Shown here in pieces: positions 58,909 through 64,000 of a stretch of DNA of 64,000 nucleotides. The notes under the pieces are model-generated. The model made no database searches and was not told the DNA's origin. It saw only the letters and a program-made list of their open reading frames with translations. The stretch covers positions 41,968 through 105,967 of the IMG/VR virus record IMGVR_UViG_3300045988_096785, one strand, 5' to 3'. The stretch is from a virus. The first letter of the stretch is position 1; every line of letters begins with the position of its first letter. The position numbers and the translations under genes are program-made.

Positions 58909-59142
58909 TTACAATACTTTTGTCCCACAATTGTTATATCGTCCGTACTCTTTTTTCGTATCATTCAAGATTTCAAACACCATCTTCTTATGATCTTTGT
59001 TTGGTAACTTGTCTTTAACAGCCGATATCACGCTCGCTATAGACGTAAAGCCTGAATCTGTTATTGAACACAACAACAAACCTCTGTCGTCGTCTGTGCT
59101 TATCGCTGACGCCTTTATAATATCATTCCTATATATTCTCAT
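58909..59142 (-). CDS. Hypothetical protein (77 aa)
   Basis: ORF. Confidence 0.35.
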   Translation of the reverse strand: MRIYRNDIIKASAISTDDDRGLLLCSITDSGFTSIASVISAVKDKLPNKDHKKMVFEILNDTKKEYGRYNNCGTKVL

Positions 59143-59320
59143 AATCTTTCGTTTTATTGTCTACAAACTTATCTATATCGTCTCTTATTCTTTTTAGCAC
59201 TCCGGCTATAATTTCCGGCATCTCTCCTTCGGTACGGTTCAGAGTTTCTATCACCCCATCAATCCTACCAATTTGACGCCATAAGAAATTGGCGTCTTTC
59301 GCATTAAATTCCCTCATCAT
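59129..59320 (-). CDS. Hypothetical protein (63 aa)
   Basis: ORF. Confidence 0.35.
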   Translation of the reverse strand: MMREFNAKDANFLWRQIGRIDGVIETLNRTEGEMPEIIAGVLKRIRDDIDKFVDNKTKDYENI

Positions 59321-59552
59321 GTCTTATTTTACAGTAAACAACTTGCTTTTTTAAGCACCAGTCTTGCGATTCTGAGAGTGAACACCGTTCGGAGTTGTTA
59401 AAAAATATACAATCTTTGCAGAACATAAGAGGATCTTCGTCGTCACCAACTACTTTGACATCATACTCTATACCATACAATTTTAATCTAAATACATCTC
59501 CTGTTTTTTTAGAAGACAAATCCATGTTCGGACCGAATGTTATTACTTCCAT
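59304..59552 (-). CDS. Small Cys-rich protein, paralog family member (82 aa)
   Basis: DLS..G..F..K..G...V.AKVV...C..CIFF.....C.LS.S...C pattern shared with 60739..61008 and 34237..34446. Confidence 0.5.
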   Translation of the reverse strand: MEVITFGPNMDLSSKKTGDVFRLKLYGIEYDVKVVGDDEDPLMFCKDCIFFNNSERCSLSESQDWCLKKQVVYCKIRHDEGI

Positions 59553-59572
59553 ATAATTATGTTTTATTGTTT

Positions 59573-59668
59573 GTGAGATGCCCAGAATCGAACCAGGACC
59601 GGCACATACATACCGGCACGCCGCGCCATCCCTCTATGATACACAAATAGACATGCCTATTCTCACGA
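59573..59668 (-). tRNA. Possible tRNA or tRNA-like element (T-arm GGTTCGATTCT plus acceptor-like CATCTCAC). Non-canonical by manual folding
   Basis: The plus strand shows CCCAGAATCGAACCAGG, the reverse complement of a T-arm. An intergenic GTGAGA...TCTCAC pairing spans about 94 nt. Confidence 0.3.
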
Positions 59669-59725
59669 ACCGACATGCCAAAACCCAAAACTTAATTTGA
59701 TGAATAAAATAGATTAACAAAAATA

Positions 59726-60040
59726 CTATTCTAATTCTTTTATAATATCTTTCACAATATTCAGCCTTACCTCCTTCGTTTCTGGACTAAGACAACCAAA
59801 CCACCCATAAAACGTTCTTGTTTCCTCTGGTTCTGTGGCCATACTTATCTTCTCTTCCAATTCCGGGAAATATATTCTCACCATTTCGTCTGAACGAAAC
59901 TCATAGATATTTTTATGTGTTTTGAAATACATAAACACTACATTTCTTAACGCAACACATATGTATTCCCCATCCTCTAACCTATCAATCATCTCATATA
60001 CCTTTTTCCATATGAATAATCGCTCTTCTTTTGTAAACAT
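59726..60040 (-). CDS. Hypothetical protein (104 aa)
   Basis: ORF. Confidence 0.45.
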   Translation of the reverse strand: MFTKEERLFIWKKVYEMIDRLEDGEYICVALRNVVFMYFKTHKNIYEFRSDEMVRIYFPELEEKISMATEPEETRTFYGWFGCLSPETKEVRLNIVKDIIKELE

Positions 60041-60054
60041 ATCCTTCTTTATTT

Positions 60055-60471
60055 TTATGGTATTATTTGACTGTATGCAGACTTTTCCATGTACACAATA
60101 TTATGCTCCTGTCCAAATATCTTCTTTGCCGCCTCTTTCTTTATCGCACAATATCTCCCTGTACGATACGGATTCTTTTGATCTGATCCATCCTCGACTT
60201 CGATAATAAAACAGCCTCCGTCATCTATTATCTTTTTGCAATTGTCACATACTCCGCCCGTGCATATATGATGCGGTGCCTGCCCTTTGATATTATTCCC
60301 TAATAAAGCAATGCCCATCTCTTCGCCACATATCATGCAGACTTCTATAGACGGATTCAATCCGTGTTCTGGATGTAATGTAACACCATCTTTCATTTTC
60401 TTTCCTCCTTTGTTTTTAATGTTGTGTGAGATCGCCGGAATCGAACCGACTTGCTGCACCATGAATCCCAT
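60055..60471 (-). CDS. Zinc-ribbon hypothetical protein (the real start is probably the internal Met MKDGVTL)
   Basis: CMICG...CDNC motifs. Confidence 0.4.
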   Translation of the reverse strand: MGFMVQQVGSIPAISHNIKNKGGKKMKDGVTLHPEHGLNPSIEVCMICGEEMGIALLGNNIKGQAPHHICTGGVCDNCKKIIDDGGCFIIEVEDGSDQKNPYRTGRYCAIKKEAAKKIFGQEHNIVYMEKSAYSQIIP

Positions 60472-60497
60472 AAATCAAATGCTCCGATCTTCGCAGA
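60428..60497 (-). tRNA. Possible tRNA or tRNA-like element (T-arm GTCGG-TTCGATT-CCGGC plus acceptor-like GATCTCAC)
   Basis: The plus strand shows GCCGGAATCGAACCGAC. The T-arm is good, but a full cloverleaf was not found by hand. Confidence 0.3.
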
Positions 60498-60738
60498 TGG
60501 GAGCATTCTGTCTAAAGCATAAGAAAATTAATGAAGAAAATTTTTCTCACTTACGCCATAGCATCTAAAATAGCTATCAACACTATTTCTATGACAAGCA
60601 TAATAGAGAATGTCTTAAATATCTTTTTCATATCTCCTCCTTTTTTATCTGTTCTTTTCACGTTCCACAATAAACTGTTCCGGCTCTGCTCCGAACTACG
60701 TTCCACCTACAACCGCAGGCCTTAGCCCAAGGCGCCGC

Positions 60739-61008
60739 CTACTCCCCCTCTATGGCAGCCTGTTCGTACCTACAAATCCAATCTCCATCTACACAACTAT
60801 CACTACGCGATAATAAACATTTATCCTTATAACAATCATAAAAAATACACCTATCACAACTGTAATCCTTAACGTCTACACAGCTAACTACCTTAGCATA
60901 TACTATACCATCACTGCCTTCTATTCCTTTCACCCCAAAAATAGAACCTTCTACTTCTTTACTCAAATCTAAATCGGGTGCAAAATCATATACGTTCATA
61001 CCATCCAT
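60739..61008 (-). CDS. Small Cys-rich protein, paralog family member (89 aa)
   Basis: SCVDV...CDRCIFYDCYKDKC pattern. TGTTTAACAATTAAAAT sits immediately upstream of the ATG. Confidence 0.5.
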   Translation of the reverse strand: MDGMNVYDFAPDLDLSKEVEGSIFGVKGIEGSDGIVYAKVVSCVDVKDYSCDRCIFYDCYKDKCLLSRSDSCVDGDWICRYEQAAIEGE

Positions 61009-61069
61009 ATTTTAATTGTTAAACATTCCGATTACCACTAATCTATAGAATATAGTTTTCAACTCTCAA

Positions 61070-61186
61070 CCTATTGAATTTTGTAGAATAAACTCACATT
61101 TTGCTGTTTTAAAGCACTGTAATCCTTAATTTTGTGGGAAAACCCTACATAATGTTGTTTTAAAACGCTTATCTATTGAATTTTGT
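61070..61186. repeat. Direct repeat CTATTGAATTTTGT x2 (61070-61083 and 61173-61186)
   Basis: Exact 14-mer duplicated 103 bp apart in a noncoding region. Confidence 0.6.
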
Positions 61187-61252
61187 TGGTAGGGAGTGCC
61201 CTCCCCCTCCCTCTCTCCAACTCCCGCTAATCCTCCGGCTTTCCGCATAGAA

Positions 61253-61386
61253 CCCACGCCCTACCGCCTCACTACCGGCATACGGAGAGCGCTACAAGCT
61301 TATACTCTGGCATGGAGTATGGGGGATTTGGAGATAATATCATTCCATAGAGAGAATAGAGAGCCTTCAGCCCACGCCCTACCGCC
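61253..61386. repeat. Direct repeat CCCACGCCCTACCGCCT x2 (61253-61269 and 61370-61386) in a C-rich (minus-strand G-rich) island
   Basis: Exact 17-mer duplicated 117 bp apart. The minus strand at 61195-61215 carries GGGAGGGGGAGGG G-runs. Confidence 0.6.
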
Positions 61387-61720
61387 TGCTCCTCCTATCA
61401 AGATAGATATTTAAACCTATAATCAAAGCCAACAAAGAAAAGCAAAAGACCATTACAATATTATACTGATCCGGTCCGTACTCCAACATAGAGCGAATAC
61501 CAACCGACAGAAAATAAAGATCAGCTACTAATAAAAACCACCACATAGAATAAAAAAAATACAATAAGTATGTCCAAAAATACGGGGATTATAAAACCTA
61601 ACTAATTGATAATCAAGCATACCTCATTTTTAAGAAAAATACAATAAGCCTAATTTTCAATCCATAGAGACGAAAAAGGCGGCATCCGACACCCTATTTT
61701 GGGTCAGAAAACCGCCTCAA

Positions 61721-61817
61721 GTTTCGTTTTAGACCAATTTTAACGACATGATATAGACAAAATACCGGCATTATATCCGAATGGCCTTATTTTTGTTTCG
61801 TTTTAGACCAATTTTGT
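61721..61817. repeat. Direct repeat GTTTCGTTTTAGACCAATTTT x2 (61721-61741 and 61797-61817)
   Basis: Exact 21-mer duplicated 76 bp apart in a noncoding region. Confidence 0.65.
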
Positions 61818-61916
61818 CCACGTCCGCCGTTCACTCTCAGAATACCTACCCGTAAATAGAAAGAGTAGGATACGAAAATAGGGCTACTCCGATATTCGGA
61901 ACAACCCTATTCCTGT

Positions 61917-62123
61917 TTAAATACTGTTTATGTTTTCTTTCACGTATGTTCGTGATGTATGGACTTTGCGTTTGCATTTGTCCTTTCCCGTATCGGCATG
62001 ATACGCTTCTTTAAGATCACGATACAACATAAATTCCCGATACGCTCTTTTCCGCTTTTCTTTAGCTTCTTTCCTGGACAGACCGCGAACGTCTACCATG
62101 TGAGATTTAAATTTCCTTTCCAT
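61917..62123 (-). CDS. Small basic hypothetical protein (68 aa)
   Basis: ORF. Lys/Arg-rich. Confidence 0.35.
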   Translation of the reverse strand: MERKFKSHMVDVRGLSRKEAKEKRKRAYREFMLYRDLKEAYHADTGKDKCKRKVHTSRTYVKENINSI

Positions 62124-62145
62124 TTTCTTTATGCTTTAATTATGA

Positions 62146-62367
62146 TTAACCCCAGCGGTTAAGTGCTTCAATATAGAAACCTTCCGCCTCTTTGTACTCA
62201 CTTTCGCTCAATGTTTCCACCGTCTCGATATAGTTACGCAATGTTATTTTTACGCAACTGTTTTTAGATTTATTGAACGCTTCAGTTAAAGCGTTGATCA
62301 TTGCTTTCTTTCCCATGTTATTATATTGTTTATAATTTAGAGGTTGCTCCGGAATCGAACCGGACAC
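62146..62367 (-). CDS. Small hypothetical protein (73 aa)
   Basis: ORF. Confidence 0.35.
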   Translation of the reverse strand: MSGSIPEQPLNYKQYNNMGKKAMINALTEAFNKSKNSCVKITLRNYIETVETLSESEYKEAEGFYIEALNRWG

Positions 62368-62407
62368 GCATTCCTATCCTATAGAGATTTTATGCTACAA
62401 CCAACAG
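62341..62407 (-). tRNA. Possible tRNA or tRNA-like element (T-arm TCCGG-TTCGATT-CCGGA plus acceptor-like GCAACCT)
   Basis: The plus strand shows CTCCGGAATCGAACCGGA. A 6 of 7 acceptor pairing to TGGTTGT exists, but the element is only about 63 nt. Confidence 0.3.
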
Positions 62408-62899
62408 CCCGTAATTAGTACGTAGTTCTTGCGTACAGGCCCGTACTATGTTTTTATTATATTTTCCGTCTGCTACACTATTTCGCCACACATAACGGCA
62501 TAGTGTCCTTGCGTTTTGATACGGCACGTCCCTACATGGTAGGCTACATGTTTATACCCTGTAATTTAATCTACAGCCTTGTCCTATTTTACGTGTAGGC
62601 AAGTAAGACACGTTTCGGTCTGGAGATAAACCGCGTACAACGGTATGTTTTCCAAACTGTACTAACATACCTAACATAACTACATTTATCCAATGTAATA
62701 CATGCAGTAATACCAGCCCTTTAATTGCCAACGGCAAGGGCAAAGGTATATCTATCTCCAATATGTAAAATAACTCTCTGTTTTGTCAGCTTCAGTCTAA
62801 AGCATACGCGGGACGTGCACCCACTGACAACGGCGTACAAGCGCGTTTAACGGTACGCGTCAAACCTTTGGAGAGCTTAACGGCGCTCTCCGTGCCTTG
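62408..62899. other. 490-bp GC-richer noncoding region with recurring GTACG/CGTAC and AACGG motifs
   Basis: No convincing ORF (62552..62761 is likely spurious). AACGG occurs 6 or more times. Several CGTAC-containing short palindromes. Confidence 0.4.
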
Positions 62900-63445
62900 T
62901 TACTGCTGGTTGCTTTCATGTGCGAGGTATTCACTTACACACTTTGCCACAGTGCGAATAGAATAAGATTTGATCTTAACAGCCACATAAGTAGCTTTAT
63001 ACTCGTCGTTTTCTTTTATCAACCATTTAGTGCTTTTTTTGGTCTCCAATGATTCGGCAGTAGTAAAACCAAATGATTTATATTCGCTACCGTAAACCAC
63101 ATTCTCAGCGCACCAATCAGCCGTTTTAGCCTCAACGCCTTTCTCTTTGTCTGCATTGGTATCCTTATACACTTTAGAGTATAAAGCAAATTTAACAAAT
63201 GTATCGTCAACTTTCGGTAACATTTGGCTACACACAGCTACCAGGCGTTTTTTATCCTTGGCGAGGGCTGCAACCTTTACGGCGTATTCTGCCGGTATTT
63301 CCAAGGCCTTGCAAATAGACTTAAGATCAGCTCCATTAGCAAATAAAGCGTTGTATAACTTTACGGCACCTACCAAATTTGCAGCGTTTTCTTTGATAAC
63401 AGCATTCTGTAGTTTGTTTACATTTTTTTTCGTAATCATATCCAA
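62900..63445 (-). CDS. Hypothetical protein, first gene of the leftward module (the real ATG is probably at 63439; the track start is TTG)
   Basis: ORF preceded by TGTTTAACAATTAAAAT about 10 nt upstream. Confidence 0.5.
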   Translation of the reverse strand: MDMITKKNVNKLQNAVIKENAANLVGAVKLYNALFANGADLKSICKALEIPAEYAVKVAALAKDKKRLVAVCSQMLPKVDDTFVKFALYSKVYKDTNADKEKGVEAKTADWCAENVVYGSEYKSFGFTTAESLETKKSTKWLIKENDEYKATYVAVKIKSYSIRTVAKCVSEYLAHESNQQ

Positions 63446-63664
63446 TATATTTTAATTGTTAAACAAATGATATTCAATTTAATGACCCACAACGCAGGCA
63501 ATTACAGATACATATATAGTTCACCCAACGGGTACACTATATAGATTCACTATGTTAACTCGTAATCTCTCTCGATCACGACGCAAATATACGACATTTG
63601 TCAATACTACAAATATATATACTATCTTTTTTTTGTTAATTTGTATTAATTTCGATTCTATTAT

Positions 63665-63813
63665 CTGATTATCAGCAATTTGCAAAACACACAAGAGCAG
63701 TACTATACGCGTACATTAATATGTAGGATATATGTTTATTTAAGTGGCTTATAATCAATATGTTATAATAATACATTGATTATCAATAATTTAAATAAAC
63801 TGTTGATAATCAG
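63665..63813. promoter_or_regulatory. Three TGATnATCA-type palindromes (CTGATTATCAG 63665-63675, TTGATTATCAA 63776-63786, TTGATAATCAG 63803-63813). Candidate operators or initiator sites
   Basis: Three related 11-bp palindromes within 150 bp, upstream of the whole minus-strand module. Confidence 0.45.
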
Positions 63814-63833
63814 CGAGTTTATATGTTTGAGGT

Positions 63834-63888
63834 GAAAACGCGTTTCCGGTTTTCCAGCGAAGGGGGTGTGGGGGAGAAAACGCGTTTC
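63834..63888. repeat. Two copies of the 12-bp perfect palindrome GAAACGCGTTTC (63834-63846 and 63876-63888) flanking G-runs
   Basis: GAAAACGCGTTTC x2 with GGGGGTGTGGGGGAG between them and GGGGGCGGGAGG after. Confidence 0.55.
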
Positions 63889-63947
63889 GGGGGCGGGAGG
63901 TTCGTGATAGGTACCCCCTCTCTCCCATCACATAAACATTTTTTTTT

Positions 63948-63980
63948 ACATCCATCATCACATCCATCATCACATAAACC
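63948..63980. repeat. Tandem repeat (CATCCATCATCA) x2
   Basis: ACATCCATCATCACATCCATCATCACATAAACC. Confidence 0.5.
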
Positions 63981-64000
63981 TCTTTCTCATATCTCTCCCA

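Noticed and set aside
61196-61414. Plus-strand 72-aa Pro-rich ORF
   Set aside because: It lies entirely within the C-rich direct-repeat island. Pro codons are a by-product of CCN runs. No coding context on the plus strand here
62146-62367. HU/IHF-like DNA-binding protein
   Set aside because: Only a vague resemblance of KKAMINALTEAF to the HU N-terminus. Too short and lacks the beta-arm
59573-62407. Confident canonical tRNA gene calls
   Set aside because: Despite perfect T-arm consensus, manual cloverleaf folding fails. Acceptor stems reach 5-6 of 7 bp at best and no clear anticodon arm was found. Kept only as low-confidence tRNA-like elements
61190-63990. Possible CRISPR array in the repeat-rich 61-64 kb region
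   Set aside because: Each repeat occurs only twice, with unequal spacing and different unit sequences. No repeat-spacer periodicity and no cas genes
1-64000. Reverse transcriptase / DGR / retron
   Set aside because: No YxDD-type RT motif in any ORF. The repeats are not arranged as a template/variable-repeat pair

Overview
Low-GC window that reads as phage DNA with two convergent transcription modules. (1) A plus-strand module (1-21.6 kb) encodes very large hypothetical, probably virion-associated proteins of 1272, 759 and 2140 aa and several Gly/Cys- or Arg-Gly-rich small proteins. An IS200/IS605-family TnpB-only element is inserted in it in antisense orientation (4.4-5.7 kb). (2) A densely packed minus-strand module (22.0-63.4 kb) has more than 80 mostly overlapping or translationally coupled small genes. 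Recognisable products include an SF2 DEAH helicase, a DnaB-family helicase, a putative zinc-finger primase, two PD-(D/E)XK nucleases (one Cas4-like with an Fe-S Cys cluster) and a phage-type N6-adenine DNA methyltransferase. Others are a compact ABC-type ATPase, a DUF1566-like protein, an all-alpha NTP-pyrophosphohydrolase-like protein, and a flotillin(SPFH)-NfeD-acyl-carrier-protein operon. The two modules converge at about 21.7 kb, where each ends in a Rho-independent terminator. A Bacteroidetes-style promoter (-33 TTTG / -7 TAnnTTTG-like) precedes gene 8703, which suggests a Bacteroidota host; this is inference. The 3' end of the window (59.3-64.0 kb) is unusual. It holds three tRNA-like T-arm/acceptor elements (GGTTCGATTCC) that do not fold into a canonical cloverleaf by hand, members of a three-copy family of small Cys-rich proteins, and GC-rich noncoding islands with exact 14-21 bp direct repeats. 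It ends in a 550 bp control region full of palindromes (TGATnATCA x3, GAAACGCGTTTC x2), G-runs and a tandem repeat, probably an early promoter, operator, origin or terminus region. A 15-mer (TGTTTAACAATTAAA and variants) recurs just upstream of several start codons. No rRNA, CRISPR array, reverse transcriptase, DNA polymerase, terminase, portal or major capsid signature was recognised in this window. Motif-based calls are from memory and carry uncertainty.
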